Assembly (NCBI GenBank): GCA_027621365.1
Contig: JAQCBH010000007.1
Coordinates: 22,447-86,446, forward strand
Origin: Bacteroidota bacterium
Lineage (GTDB): Bacteria > Bacteroidota > Bacteroidia > NS11-12g > UBA955
Length of the DNA: 64,000 nucleotides
Direction of reading: 5' to 3'
Part shown: piece by piece, positions 29,651 through 40,330 of the stretch
Layout of the letters: every line of letters begins with the position of its first letter
How positions within the stretch are numbered: position 1 is the first letter of the stretch
Notes under the pieces: generated by a model
The model's input: the letters and a program-made list of their open reading frames with translations, nothing else
What the model was told of the DNA's origin: nothing
The model's database searches: none
Made by a program: the position numbers and the translations under genes

Positions 29651-30728
29651 GGTGCAAAGATAGGGCTTGCAGGATGGAATCGGCCAGCCGCTTGTTGACG
29701 CCAGGCTCACCAAGGCGGTCTCGCAAAACGGCGTATTCTTGTTTTTGTTGGAGCCAGCTTGGACCCTCTGGTGCCAAGCGTTTCAATTGGGATTGAATGC
29801 TTGTTACATGGCAGTGTCCTTGAATGAGCTCGGGGACGATTTCGGATTGGGCGACCAAATTCACCAGCGATATGTACGGTACTTTGATCAGCCATTTGGC
29901 AGCCCAATAAGTCAGGGCAGATGTTCGGTACAGAACCACTTGAGGGACCCCGAACAAAGCGGTCTCCAAGGTAGCAGTACCCGAAGTGACCAAGGCCAGC
30001 TGGGCCTCTTGGAGCAAGTTGTAGGTTTGGTCCATTTGCAGCTCAATGGTTGAATTCTTGAGGATACCTCGGTACAATTCAATGGGCAATGCCGAAGTGC
30101 CAGCAACGACGGGAGTCAGCTCCGGCATGGCCTTAGCAGCCTCTATCATCAGGGGCAAGAGAGACTCCACTTCTTGCTTGCGGCTTCCAGGGAGCAGAGC
30201 AAGTAGCGGTTTGGATGCTGAAGTCTGTTCGGGTATTTGATCCATCAAAGGATTGCCGATGTAGGTGCAGTTTACCCCTCTTTGACCAAACCATTCGGCC
30301 TCAAAAGGCAAGATGCCGTACAGGGCTGTCAAGCTTTTTAAATCTTGGGCGCGCTTTTCGTTCCAGGCCCAGGCTTTGGGTGCGATGTAAAAGTGGGTTT
30401 GTCCTTTGAAGGATCGGAGGCGTTTCAAGACCCTCATATTGAACCCGGGATTGTCTATGAATACAACCGCATCGGGATTTTCTCGTTCGATGTCCTGTAC
30501 GGCCGCTGTTAAAAATTGGCGCAAGGATCGCAGGTTTTTGATGACCTCCCAAAGCCCCATGTAGGCCCTTTGGCGGTAGTCGCTGAGCAAACGAGCCCCA
30601 GCTTTCTCCATCAAGGGCCCTCCCCAAGCCACAATCTCCAAATCGGGTCGTTGTAGCTTCAACTCGGTGACCAAATGGCTACCGTGCAAATCGCCGCTGG
30701 CTTCACCGGCAAGGAGAAAGAGTTTCAT
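29640..30728 (-). CDS. lpxB: Lipid-A-disaccharide synthase
   Basis: AGEASGDLHG, ID.PGFN, ILPFE, LLPGSRKQEV and SGTATLE. Confidence 0.95.
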   Translation of the reverse strand: MKLFLLAGEASGDLHGSHLVTELKLQRPDLEIVAWGGPLMEKAGARLLSDYRQRAYMGLWEVIKNLRSLRQFLTAAVQDIERENPDAVVFIDNPGFNMRVLKRLRSFKGQTHFYIAPKAWAWNEKRAQDLKSLTALYGILPFEAEWFGQRGVNCTYIGNPLMDQIPEQTSASKPLLALLPGSRKQEVESLLPLMIEAAKAMPELTPVVAGTSALPIELYRGILKNSTIELQMDQTYNLLQEAQLALVTSGTATLETALFGVPQVVLYRTSALTYWAAKWLIKVPYISLVNLVAQSEIVPELIQGHCHVTSIQSQLKRLAPEGPSWLQQKQEYAVLRDRLGEPGVNKRLADSILQALSLHHER

Positions 30729-31027
30729 TAGAATCGTTGAAGTTCAATCAGGACGGCCCACAGGGTGCAGGCGATGCTGGCAATCATCCAACCGCGGTTG
30801 AAATACAGCCATTCATCTTTTCGAATGAGCAGAAAAAACAAGCCAATGTTGGTGGCAATGCCCAGTTGAAACATGCTGTTGTAGTACCACTCCATGTGGC
30901 TAATGGCCCAAATAAAATTGCCAAATTGCACCCCTTGTGCAACGGCAACTCCGGCGCCAATAAGAGGGGGTACCATGAGTCCCAAGATGAGGCCCAGAAT
31001 GAATTGGGGAATATTGAATTTCATCAT
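30728..31027 (-). CDS. Small membrane protein of unknown function
   Basis: Three hydrophobic segments; overlaps both the surE stop and the lpxB start, consistent with an operon. Confidence 0.65.
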   Translation of the reverse strand: MMKFNIPQFILGLILGLMVPPLIGAGVAVAQGVQFGNFIWAISHMEWYYNSMFQLGIATNIGLFFLLIRKDEWLYFNRGWMIASIACTLWAVLIELQRF

Positions 31028-31815
31028 ATGCGGTCCAAACCCCATTGATTCAGGGTTCCTATGCGGTTGTGATCGGTAAGGTCAAATTGGGTGGGTACGA
31101 CCGAGGCGTAGCCTTGACTCAAGGCATATTCATCGGTGTCTTGGCCATGGTCTTCATTGATGAATTGGCCGGTCATCCAGTAGTAATCGCGACCAAAGGG
31201 ATCGACTCGTTTGTCAAAGTCTTCCTTCCATTTGGCTGAAGCTTGTCGGCATACCTTGATGCCTTTGATTTCGCCTTTGGGCATGTTGACGTTCAGCAAG
31301 GTGCCATAGGGCAGTTCGCGGTTGAGGTATTCGCTTACCAATTTGCGAATGACCGATTTGGCGGGTTCGAAATCGGCGTCCCAGGTGTAGTCGCACAAGG
31401 AAAAGCCGATGGCCTTCATGCCATCGATAGAGGCTTCTACGGCAGCACTCATGGTACCGCTGTAAATGACATTGATGGAGGCATTGCTGCCGTGATTGAT
31501 GCCGCTGAGCATGATGTCGGGGCGGCGATCCAAGAGTTTGTCGATGGCGATTTTCACGCAGTCAACGGGAGTGCCGCTGCACTGATAGGTGCGCAAACTG
31601 TGCTGTTGGAGCGGTACACTGCAGTCGAAGTTGTGAGTTTCTACCAAGCGAATGGGTTGATTGATGGTGATGGCATGTCCCATAGCGCTTTGGGGCTTGT
31701 CAGGAGCAACCACCAATACATCGCCAAATTCCAAGGCTACTTCTACCAGGGCGCGAATGCCTGGAGCAGTGATGCCGTCATCGTTGCTAACCAAAATCAA
31801 GGGGCGAAGACTCAT
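31024..31815 (-). CDS. surE: 5'/3'-nucleotidase SurE
   Basis: ILVSNDDGITAPGI, GTPVDCVK and SGINHGSN...YSGTMSAAVE. Confidence 0.96.
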   Translation of the reverse strand: MSLRPLILVSNDDGITAPGIRALVEVALEFGDVLVVAPDKPQSAMGHAITINQPIRLVETHNFDCSVPLQQHSLRTYQCSGTPVDCVKIAIDKLLDRRPDIMLSGINHGSNASINVIYSGTMSAAVEASIDGMKAIGFSLCDYTWDADFEPAKSVIRKLVSEYLNRELPYGTLLNVNMPKGEIKGIKVCRQASAKWKEDFDKRVDPFGRDYYWMTGQFINEDHGQDTDEYALSQGYASVVPTQFDLTDHNRIGTLNQWGLDRI

Positions 31816-31841
31816 GAAACAAAAGTAGGCATTTGAAAAAG

Positions 31842-31873
31842 CAAAAAGGGCTCCCAATTGGGAGCCCTTTTTG
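31842..31873. terminator. Intrinsic terminator of the Oar-like receptor gene (perfect 32-bp palindrome)
   Basis: CAAAAAGGGCTCCCAATTGGGAGCCCTTTTTG, 17 bp after the stop codon. Confidence 0.85.
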
Positions 31874-31890
31874 GTAGAGGTTTAGAATCT

Positions 31891-34800
31891 TTAGAAGATG
31901 TATCGAGCACCCAATTGCATGGCCCAAGTGGAACTTGTGCTTACGATATCGCGGAAGCTGCTAGTCACCAACTGGTTGTTCACCAAGTTGAAGTTGTAAG
32001 TGTTGTCAGCCGAATTGTATTTCAAAACAGCTCCGTTGTTTACGGTCAACATTTGGCGAACGCCCCAGCTGCTGTTGAGCAAGTTGCCTACGTTCAAAAT
32101 GTTGGCGCTCAACTGCAATTTGTGGTTGTTGCCTTTGATGTTCTTGGCGATGTCTTGGTAGATGGCCAAATCCAATTGATTGAACCAAGGCATGATGGCC
32201 TGATAGCGCTCGGTGTATTCACCAACGTGCTGGCTCAAATAAGGATCTTGAGCAACGAAAGCATCCCAAGCGGCAGCCTGCTCAGAGGCAGAAGCAATGA
32301 CGTCACCGGCTGAGTTCTTAATGTCTTTGAAGTTGATGTCAGAACCTTTGTGAACAAAGATCAAGTCGTTGGTCAAGCCATCGTTGTTGATGTCGTTGCT
32401 GTAAGTATAGTTGTAACGACCCTGATTGTACCCTTCATATACCACTGAGAATGTGGTAGCCAACATATCGTTCCATTCTTTTTTATAGGAAAGACCACCC
32501 ACCAAACGATTAGGCGTAGAATATTGCGAAATTCCCAAAGCAGGAGTGTTCTGATTGGTCATGCCTCCAATGGCGTTGTTGCTCCAAGCCGAAGCCGCTT
32601 GAGAACCAGGATTAGCGGTGATGTCATAGGTGTTGTTCATAGAGTAGCTCAAGAACGCGTTCATGCCGTTTTCCCAAGTTTTGGAAGCGGTAGCAGAAAT
32701 GCTCAAACCGTGGCCTTGGTTGGTGTTCGCCAATACCATGGCGTTGCGAACGGAACCTGTGTAAGAGCGAGAGGAGCGATCTTTATAGGCTTCAACTTCG
32801 TAAGCGGTTCCAGTGAAGAAGGTGGTATCGCCTCCTTTGAAGTTGGCATCGAATTGGTAAATGTCGTTGACAGACTTGCTGTAAATTACGTCAGCTGTGA
32901 AGTCGATGTCACCGGGCAATTTGGTGTCAATACCAAAGCTGGTGCGCCAAACTTGTGGGAACTTGAAGTTTTGATCAACCAAGGCAAAAGAAGCACCATT
33001 GGGCAAGTTGGCAGGAGTTTGGGGTAGGTTGGCCACATAGGCATATGGATCAGGGTTGAATTGAGACACACCAGCTGCATCTAAGGCAGCTTTGTTGGTC
33101 AACTCAACAGTAGCTTGCAAGCCATAAGCGTTGGTAGGCTGGTTGGTGTACCATACAAAAGGCAAGCGACCGGTGAAGATGCCGGTACCACCGCGCACTA
33201 CCAATGATTTGTCACCCTTTACGTCGTAGTTGAATCCTACACGAGGAGAGATCAACAAGCTTGCTTCAGGCCATTTGGCAGGGTTGTACAAGTAGTCTTC
33301 ACCTGTGGGGGTTTTGAAGGTGGCTGAGTCGTAGAATTTAGAGAAACCGTCATTGGCCAAAGGCGTAGTGAGGTAAACGGGGCGGTCAACGCGTATGCCG
33401 GCCGTTACTTTCAAATTGCGGTTTACACGGTATTCGTCTTGAGCGTATACAGCCAACTGACCAAAACCCAATTCAGCGACAGGGTTTTTCTCGCCGTTGT
33501 AGCCATAGGTTACAGCATATACAGAAGGTTGCATATCGTTCAGGAACTGATTCAATGAATCGTAGCGGTAGTAACTGGTGCCATAGCGCAAGAAGCTATT
33601 TCCAACATACATGTTGTCGTAGGCAATACCTGCGGTTACGGTGTGCTGGTTCAAGTTCATGGTGATGTTGTCGATGATGGAAGTCGTGTTGTTGACTACC
33701 TTGTTGTTCCAAGAGAACAATTCGTATCCGAAGGCGATGTATTGGTCGCCGTCCTTCTTGATGTCGACAAAGGGGAAGGGCTCAGAGCCGCTGTTGCGGG
33801 CATCGGTAACATTAGTGCGGGTAACCAACAGTTGGTTATTTACGCGCTTGTTCAAGTTGCTCTTCAATTCCAAAGAAATAGACCCAACGGTATTCAAGAA
33901 ACCGTACAAAGTATTTTCGTAGCTCATGGCGTTTTGAGACCAGCGGTTAGATGAAGAACGAGGGTTTGGAGCAGATCTACCATTGGTTACCTGTTGGTTG
34001 GTGTTTTCTACATAGTTGTAGCGAGCAGTCAACTTGTGCTTGTCGCTCAAGTTCCAATCCAAACGACCCAAAATCTTGTAGTTGGAAACAGAGAAGTTAC
34101 CCAAGCCCGCGTAAGGACCAGTTTCGTAACCGTATTTGTCTTTTAGGTGCTGCTGAACAGCGATCAAGTCGCTTTCCAATACGCGAGACAAATTGGGATT
34201 GTTGGGGTCAGAGTTGGCGTTGGTAGGTTCCCACAACAAACCAGGGAAACTGCGGTCTTCTTGCTCATAACTCAAGAAGTAAAACAATTTGTCTTGCTTG
34301 ATGGCGCCGCCAACACGGAAGCCCAAAATGTTAGAAGTTGACTCAGGAATGTTGGTCAATTCGACATCGCCAATTTTGGTGCCGTTGAAATTTTGGTTTC
34401 GAACAAAAGAATAGATAGAGGCTGAAGTAACGTTAGAACCGCTTTTTGTAATGGCGTTCACGCCAGCACCCGTAAAGTTGCTTTGACGAACGTCAAAAGG
34501 AGAAACGTTAACTTGAACCGCCTCGATGGCATCCAATGAAATGGGTTGAGCATCACCACCAGGCATGTTGTTCGTGCTCAAACCAAAGTTGTTGTTGAAG
34601 TTGGCACCGTCAATGGTGATGTTGTTCATACGGCCGTCGCGACCATTGAACGAACTATTACCGCCCGCTTGTGGTGTCAAGCGTGTAAAATCGTTGATGG
34701 AACGTCTAATGGTTGGCAACGTATTCAAGGTTTGGCCGCTGATGTTGAAGCTGGCTCCTGTCTGAGTGCCTTTGCGATTGCTTGTAATGGTTACTGAACC

Positions 34801-35136
34801 GATGCTGCCGCCGTCTTGAGAAAGGTCGACATCCAAACGATACGTTTCACCCAGCTGCAAGAAAATATTGCTAAAGGTGACTGATTTTCCGCCTGCGTCA
34901 GACACAGTCACGGTGTACGGACCCCCTGCTTGCAGGTTGGTTAAATCGTAAACGCCTCCTGTTCTTGACTCGCCATTGTATTTGGCGTTGGTCGTTGTGA
35001 GAACAGCAGAAATGCTGGCACCTTCCACACTGTTAGTGCCATTGCTGATGACACCACCCATGTGAGCTGTTGTAACTTGAGCCCAAGCCGTCATGCTTGA
35101 GGCGAAAGTCAACAGCACTAATCCTAGTTTTTTCAT
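31891..35136 (-). CDS. Oar-like TonB-dependent outer-membrane receptor with N-terminal carboxypeptidase-regulatory-like domain
   Basis: Signal peptide, GGPYTVTV, NNITIDGANFNNNFGL, PISLDAIE, FTGAGVNAITKSG and C-terminal QLGARYIF. Confidence 0.92.
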   Translation of the reverse strand: MKKLGLVLLTFASSMTAWAQVTTAHMGGVISNGTNSVEGASISAVLTTTNAKYNGESRTGGVYDLTNLQAGGPYTVTVSDAGGKSVTFSNIFLQLGETYRLDVDLSQDGGSIGSVTITSNRKGTQTGASFNISGQTLNTLPTIRRSINDFTRLTPQAGGNSSFNGRDGRMNNITIDGANFNNNFGLSTNNMPGGDAQPISLDAIEAVQVNVSPFDVRQSNFTGAGVNAITKSGSNVTSASIYSFVRNQNFNGTKIGDVELTNIPESTSNILGFRVGGAIKQDKLFYFLSYEQEDRSFPGLLWEPTNANSDPNNPNLSRVLESDLIAVQQHLKDKYGYETGPYAGLGNFSVSNYKILGRLDWNLSDKHKLTARYNYVENTNQQVTNGRSAPNPRSSSNRWSQNAMSYENTLYGFLNTVGSISLELKSNLNKRVNNQLLVTRTNVTDARNSGSEPFPFVDIKKDGDQYIAFGYELFSWNNKVVNNTTSIIDNITMNLNQHTVTAGIAYDNMYVGNSFLRYGTSYYRYDSLNQFLNDMQPSVYAVTYGYNGEKNPVAELGFGQLAVYAQDEYRVNRNLKVTAGIRVDRPVYLTTPLANDGFSKFYDSATFKTPTGEDYLYNPAKWPEASLLISPRVGFNYDVKGDKSLVVRGGTGIFTGRLPFVWYTNQPTNAYGLQATVELTNKAALDAAGVSQFNPDPYAYVANLPQTPANLPNGASFALVDQNFKFPQVWRTSFGIDTKLPGDIDFTADVIYSKSVNDIYQFDANFKGGDTTFFTGTAYEVEAYKDRSSRSYTGSVRNAMVLANTNQGHGLSISATASKTWENGMNAFLSYSMNNTYDITANPGSQAASAWSNNAIGGMTNQNTPALGISQYSTPNRLVGGLSYKKEWNDMLATTFSVVYEGYNQGRYNYTYSNDINNDGLTNDLIFVHKGSDINFKDIKNSAGDVIASASEQAAAWDAFVAQDPYLSQHVGEYTERYQAIMPWFNQLDLAIYQDIAKNIKGNNHKLQLSANILNVGNLLNSSWGVRQMLTVNNGAVLKYNSADNTYNFNLVNNQLVTSSFRDIVSTSSTWAMQLGARYIF

Positions 35137-35292
35137 AAAAATGATTTTAGAGTTTGTAGCAAAAGAAAGCTTGATTTTCAATGCCCTAATGAACAAATTC
35201 TCAACAAATTGTTATGCAGCAACTAATGACTGTGTAATTCGCAAATAAATTAGGGGCTTGGCAACATAGTTCGTCGTGGTTCAGAGAATTAT

Positions 35293-36669
35293 ATGATTGA
35301 GTGTTTTACCTTTAGAACCTCAACAAGAACGGTGGGTAAATCGATTCGTAAATATTTAGTCGGACTGATTTTGGGACTGGTGTCCCAAACGGTATGGTCT
35401 TTTACTGATCAGCAGAAACATTCGATATTGTTAGATTTTCAGACCTTCTACCTGTCTGAATTTGGTCATACTGCTCAGGTGACATTGATCGACGTGATCG
35501 AAGCTGGTGATTCTCTGTTGATCAATCCCAATGGAACCCACTATGTCTATTCCTTTAAAGAGAGCCGTCCTGGATTTCTGCGTTTGGATAAATCCACCTT
35601 TCATGGTCACAACTTTGGCCGAAAATTGTTTTGGTTCGAAAACCAATTGTACGCCTTAGGTGGTTATGGTTTTTGGGTCGATCATTCCAAACTCATTCGC
35701 TTCAATTGGAGCACTAGAGAATGGGACCTGATTCTCACAAAAGGGCCCTCTCCAGGAGGGAGTCCATTGTTGTGTTTTGAACGCAACGACTCGCTGTTTT
35801 GCATTCGAAGTATTTTCAGAGGCCAAGAAGGTGATTTTCCTCGCATCGTGAGCCAAATGTGGGTGCTTGATTTGCGCAAATTGCAATGGACCAATTATGC
35901 CTTTGATCCAAACATTGGTTTGGAGTCTTCTGATTATCGTTTATCGGCTGAGAATGAAAATTGGTTCGTTGGAACCACGATGCCCAGATCCCAAGAAGTC
36001 ATCGTCAACAAGCAAACCGGTAAATTCTATTTGAATAACAGTGGGCCGCCGCTAATGGCCATACCAGAGCTGGGACTTTCGGGCGTGAATTTGATGAATA
36101 ATGAAAAGGCTATGTCCTACATATTGGGAGATAGTTTGATCATTTTGTATGAAGATTCGTTTCCATATGCTCGAGCCGATTTGTCCACTTTCGTCTTCGA
36201 ATACTGCAGGGAGGAGAGCGTAGATCTGAATGATCTCAGTCGCTCCTTGAACCCCGAAAACGACGGAATGGAGCAAATGTCTTTTGTCTCTGAACGATTA
36301 ATCTACTGGTTGGGGTTGATTCTGTTGCTTTTTTTGTATGTCCTTGAAAAGCGGTTCAATCGTAAAGCCAACAAAAGTGAATTTCAATTCAATCAAGGAT
36401 TTGTTGATCGTAAGTCTCAACCGGTGTTATCGCCAGAAGATGAAATAGCCGTTGGCATTCACAATAATGGGAGTCGGCATTATAGCCAAGATGAATTGGA
36501 TGACCTCTTTCATATCCAAGAGTTTGATTACGATAGTCGAAAGCTCAAGCGCAGCCGTATAATAGCTGAATTGAATAAGAAGCATGAGGGACTTTTAGAG
36601 AGAAAAAGAGATCCGTCAGATAAACGAAAGTTTCTCTATGTTGTCAATCACTTGAAATTCAAAGGATGA
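35293..36669 (+). CDS. Hypothetical membrane protein: Kelch-like extracytoplasmic domain, TM helix and C-terminal winged-helix-like domain
   Basis: Signal-like N-terminus, LYALGGYGFW Kelch-like motif, TM LIYWLGLILLLFLYVL and C-terminal RKRDPSDKRKFLY. Confidence 0.6.
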   Translation: MIECFTFRTSTRTVGKSIRKYLVGLILGLVSQTVWSFTDQQKHSILLDFQTFYLSEFGHTAQVTLIDVIEAGDSLLINPNGTHYVYSFKESRPGFLRLDKSTFHGHNFGRKLFWFENQLYALGGYGFWVDHSKLIRFNWSTREWDLILTKGPSPGGSPLLCFERNDSLFCIRSIFRGQEGDFPRIVSQMWVLDLRKLQWTNYAFDPNIGLESSDYRLSAENENWFVGTTMPRSQEVIVNKQTGKFYLNNSGPPLMAIPELGLSGVNLMNNEKAMSYILGDSLIILYEDSFPYARADLSTFVFEYCREESVDLNDLSRSLNPENDGMEQMSFVSERLIYWLGLILLLFLYVLEKRFNRKANKSEFQFNQGFVDRKSQPVLSPEDEIAVGIHNNGSRHYSQDELDDLFHIQEFDYDSRKLKRSRIIAELNKKHEGLLERKRDPSDKRKFLYVVNHLKFKG

Positions 36670-36670
36670 C

Positions 36671-39517
36671 CTATATTCTTTGAAGATTAAGTGAGAATAC
36701 ATATCGATTTTCTTGAAGTGCATCAAATCCAGATGAAGCTTGAGCATAGAACTTGTCCTGGTACATGCGATTGAAATGTTCTAAGCGCTCTTGCACCAAT
36801 TCCGAACCCAATTGTGTTCCGTGCGATCGTTTGAAAGAGGGGCCCGGCCCAGTGTTAGAAATTTCTATGCTGACAGAATTTTGGTCTGAATTTTGAGCAA
36901 CATTTAGCCTTAGTTCTCCTTTGCTTGAATCCAAAAGCAACCCATGTTTGATGGCATTTTCAATAACGGGTTGAAACAGCAATGGCGGAATGCTCCATGC
37001 TTTAAGATCAACTTTAGGGTCAAGGGTTTTTTTGAACTTGAATTTTTTATCACTGAAACGCAATGACTCGATTTGAATGTACTTGCGACAGAATTCCAGT
37101 TCTTTTTCAAGGGTGGACAATTCTTGCAAATTGGTTTCCAAAAACAATCGGTTGATTTCTGCGATTTTCCCTGTAACCTCTATGGCTTTTTTGTTTTCTT
37201 GATTGGCAATTAAAGATTGAATCAAACTCATGCTGTTGTGCAAGAAATGGGGATTCATGTTGCTTTTCAGCGTTTTCCAACGAAGCGCGATCAGCTGATT
37301 CTCTGTGCTTTTTGATAAATTTCTAACATTCACCAGAGTTGAACCGATGACCAAAACCATGATGAGGGAAATGGCCAAAGCACCATTTTTGGAATTGGTT
37401 TTCACAAAGGCGCATTGCGATCCAAATTGATGGTTCAAATACAAGGCGTAATCACCATATGGAATTCCTGGAATCCAATTCCCTTCTTGTCCGGAGCGTA
37501 CCTGCCTATGAATGATAGAGTCTTGGTTGTTTTTCAAACATACGCTCAAAAGGCTGTGGTATTGAGTCCAATATACAGGGTGAATAAATCGAATGTTGAC
37601 ATCGTTTAATGGTTGTATAGCAAGGGGCGCCCTGTCGAGAATATCTCTTTCTCCATCTTGATGCTCTACGAAAAACGCAATTGAATTTTTCGCAATTGCC
37701 TTGTTTAACAAGGGAATTGACCTCCAAAATCCTGATTGGAAATACCAAAGTTGAGATACATTAATGGCAGAGTTTTGAATTGATTGGGTAGATAAGTGGC
37801 CAATGTATTGTTGGTCAATTATTTGTGCGCTCCCGTTTTTTGATACACTGATTTGATACAGGTGAGAAGTGGACAGGATCCAGAACCCCCTAGAATTTCC
37901 AAAGAGTTTAAATTCTTGATTAGGAAGGACAAAGTCTTCAATGTTCAATTCGAAGAGAAATTTCAATTGATTCTTGATAAACTGGTAAACTTTCCAATTT
38001 TGACCCACTTGGGCAATGATGAGGTTATTTGAAATGGCAATGGGAGTATTGGCGTTGATTCCCAATTGGCCTAAGGGACTACTTTGTTGATTTTCGAGGT
38101 CAACTATATGCAAAGAGCCATTGAACTCTTGGGAAAAGACATACTCTTCTGTGCTGATGAATTGAGCCGTTTGTTTGGAGCTATTGGACCATTTTTTCAG
38201 TACTTTGGTGTTGATATCGATCGAAGACCATTCGCCATAGGGGCGATGCAATATCAATGAATAGCCGGCGGCTATGAGTTTGTTGAATTGGTTTTCAGAT
38301 ACATTAAAAAAGGGCTGAAAAGTATGTTTGGTGTTGTTCCATTCGTACAACCAATCTTTTGTCAATGCAAACGTTCGATTGGCTGTAGTCTGAATGTCCA
38401 ATATGCTTTCTGGAAATACTTGGGTGTTCCATTTGGAATGTTCGCTGTTTTTGAAAAAGAGCTGCTGTTCGTTCCAAATACACACTAAGCCTTGATCGGT
38501 ATAGATATTACCAAATGGGATTTTGTGAATACCATCGGGGAACATCAAGGCAAAGCATCCCTTTCCTAAACTTGATACCCATAATACATGTTGAGCGGCG
38601 TCATAGTTCAGGCCCCAGAAGAAGGGTTCTTTTGATACGCTAGATAGGTTGATGTTTGCAACCGACGGATTGTGCCTTACTAAGGCACCGCGCTCCAAAT
38701 TGTGCACATTTCCAACAGCAAGATAGATCTGATCCACAACCTGTTCTATGCTCCAAACGGTCCAATTGCTTTCTTTGTTCCTTCCTAAGTTGAATCGGGT
38801 GGATTGGTCTTTTTTGTTAATGACATAATAAGAGCCTTCAGAGCCTAGATACAAAAATGAATCGGTGGCTTTCTGGCTGAGAATCGAATGGGTAATGGAC
38901 CAGGGGGATTGATTTTTCCATTTGGCTCGTTGACCATTCTCATTTTTTTTGAATTGTATCCACCTATTTCTTGGGTATGTACAGGCATGGTAGGTTCCAT
39001 TCCAAAAAAAGAAACTGCTGATTTGCTCATTGCTTTCGCAGGCAGGAGTCATGCGCAAAGTGTCCAAGCCTTTTATTTGAAATACGCCATTTGAGCTAAG
39101 GCAATAGAGCTCATTGTTCACCCAGTGCAAGGCCCGAGTTTTGTTTAAGGCGATATGTTTGGATAGTTGACCGTCACCATTGAATAGATAAAGACCACTC
39201 TCAAAACTGATGACTGCCGTGTAGGATTTTTTGTTGTACTCATAAAAAGCAACATCCCATGTGGAAATGTTCTTCATCTTGGAGCTAATAGCCGTTGAGG
39301 CAGAATTGGAACTTGGGAAAATCTGCAATCCTTGCTTGTGACAGACCCAAACGGCTCCTTCAGAATCGACGCGACATTGGCGAGTCAAGTCAGTATTTAG
39401 ACCTTTAATGCTATTCAGTTCCGCACTCTCCAAAGGCAATTGTTGGGCTTGCGTTTTCAAAACCAAGCTCAACAGCAGAATGAAGACGAAACCGATTTTA
39501 TTGGCCAAATTTTTCAA
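36671..39517 (-). CDS. LytS/YehU-type sensor histidine kinase with large beta-propeller-like periplasmic domain
   Basis: LKSNMNPHFLHNS H-box, ELEFCRKYIQIE.LRF, IPPLLFQPVIENAIKHG and one TM helix before the kinase core. Confidence 0.9.
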   Translation of the reverse strand: MKNLANKIGFVFILLLSLVLKTQAQQLPLESAELNSIKGLNTDLTRQCRVDSEGAVWVCHKQGLQIFPSSNSASTAISSKMKNISTWDVAFYEYNKKSYTAVISFESGLYLFNGDGQLSKHIALNKTRALHWVNNELYCLSSNGVFQIKGLDTLRMTPACESNEQISSFFFWNGTYHACTYPRNRWIQFKKNENGQRAKWKNQSPWSITHSILSQKATDSFLYLGSEGSYYVINKKDQSTRFNLGRNKESNWTVWSIEQVVDQIYLAVGNVHNLERGALVRHNPSVANINLSSVSKEPFFWGLNYDAAQHVLWVSSLGKGCFALMFPDGIHKIPFGNIYTDQGLVCIWNEQQLFFKNSEHSKWNTQVFPESILDIQTTANRTFALTKDWLYEWNNTKHTFQPFFNVSENQFNKLIAAGYSLILHRPYGEWSSIDINTKVLKKWSNSSKQTAQFISTEEYVFSQEFNGSLHIVDLENQQSSPLGQLGINANTPIAISNNLIIAQVGQNWKVYQFIKNQLKFLFELNIEDFVLPNQEFKLFGNSRGFWILSTSHLYQISVSKNGSAQIIDQQYIGHLSTQSIQNSAINVSQLWYFQSGFWRSIPLLNKAIAKNSIAFFVEHQDGERDILDRAPLAIQPLNDVNIRFIHPVYWTQYHSLLSVCLKNNQDSIIHRQVRSGQEGNWIPGIPYGDYALYLNHQFGSQCAFVKTNSKNGALAISLIMVLVIGSTLVNVRNLSKSTENQLIALRWKTLKSNMNPHFLHNSMSLIQSLIANQENKKAIEVTGKIAEINRLFLETNLQELSTLEKELEFCRKYIQIESLRFSDKKFKFKKTLDPKVDLKAWSIPPLLFQPVIENAIKHGLLLDSSKGELRLNVAQNSDQNSVSIEISNTGPGPSFKRSHGTQLGSELVQERLEHFNRMYQDKFYAQASSGFDALQENRYVFSLNLQRI

Positions 39518-40184
39518 TCAATAATTTCCTGCCGCTTTTCGAAAGACCAATTTGATGCCCTGTTTTTAGATTAGCTATATTTCCCTTGAAGCTGTCGATT
39601 TGGAATCCCGGCACCAAAAAGGAGCGATGCAATCGATAAAAATGATCGGGCAATAATGGTGTAAGAACTTTCAAAGTCTTACTGGCCAAGTAGGAGCGTT
39701 CGGCAGTGTGGATTTTGGAATAAGCCCCCGAAGCTTCAATGAACAAAATATCCTGAAAGAGAATGATTACATTATGGCCTCCATCGCGAATAATCAGCGA
39801 ATCATCGAGGGGTAGTTTGGGTTGAATTTTGGATTCAATCCTCGTCAAAAAGGCGCTGAATTGATCCACCTCCAGGGGTTTTGTGAGGAAGTCTAACACA
39901 TCCAACCGTAGAGCCTCAATGGCATATTGTGAATGTGCGGAGACTACGACAGTCGGAATGGAAGGCGCCAATTTTCTCAGGTCAAGGCCACTTTCTCCTT
40001 GCAATTCAATATCGACAAATATCAGATCAGGGTCAAAGGATTCCAAGGTTTCCAAGGTTTCTTTGATGGAGCTACAAGTGACAACGGGCCCAAACAAGTC
40101 GCTGCCAAATTCTTGAATGAAGTAGGACAGCACAGTTCTACCTGAGGGTTCGTCATCCAATATGAGGGCCTTGATTTTGGGCAT
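39498..40184 (-). CDS. LytTR family response regulator
   Basis: ILDDE, DLIFVDIEL and DFLTKP receiver motifs; ILFIEASGAYSKI and FYRLHRSFLV LytTR motifs. Confidence 0.93.
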   Translation of the reverse strand: MPKIKALILDDEPSGRTVLSYFIQEFGSDLFGPVVTCSSIKETLETLESFDPDLIFVDIELQGESGLDLRKLAPSIPTVVVSAHSQYAIEALRLDVLDFLTKPLEVDQFSAFLTRIESKIQPKLPLDDSLIIRDGGHNVIILFQDILFIEASGAYSKIHTAERSYLASKTLKVLTPLLPDHFYRLHRSFLVPGFQIDSFKGNIANLKTGHQIGLSKSGRKLLIEKFGQ

Positions 40185-40330
40185 ATATTCAAATTGAGTT
40201 TATTTCGTTTAATCAAACAATTGGTTTTTGGTAAACGTGTTGGTATCTTGCGTTGAACCGAAAAATTATATTCTTAAATATTTCAAAACCAATAATTTAA
40301 GATATTAATCAAATAAATTCATTTACGAGT

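Noticed and set aside
31842-31873. Perfect 32-bp palindrome as a recombination or operator site
   Set aside because: Its position just after a stop codon and its A/T tails are fully explained by an intrinsic terminator.
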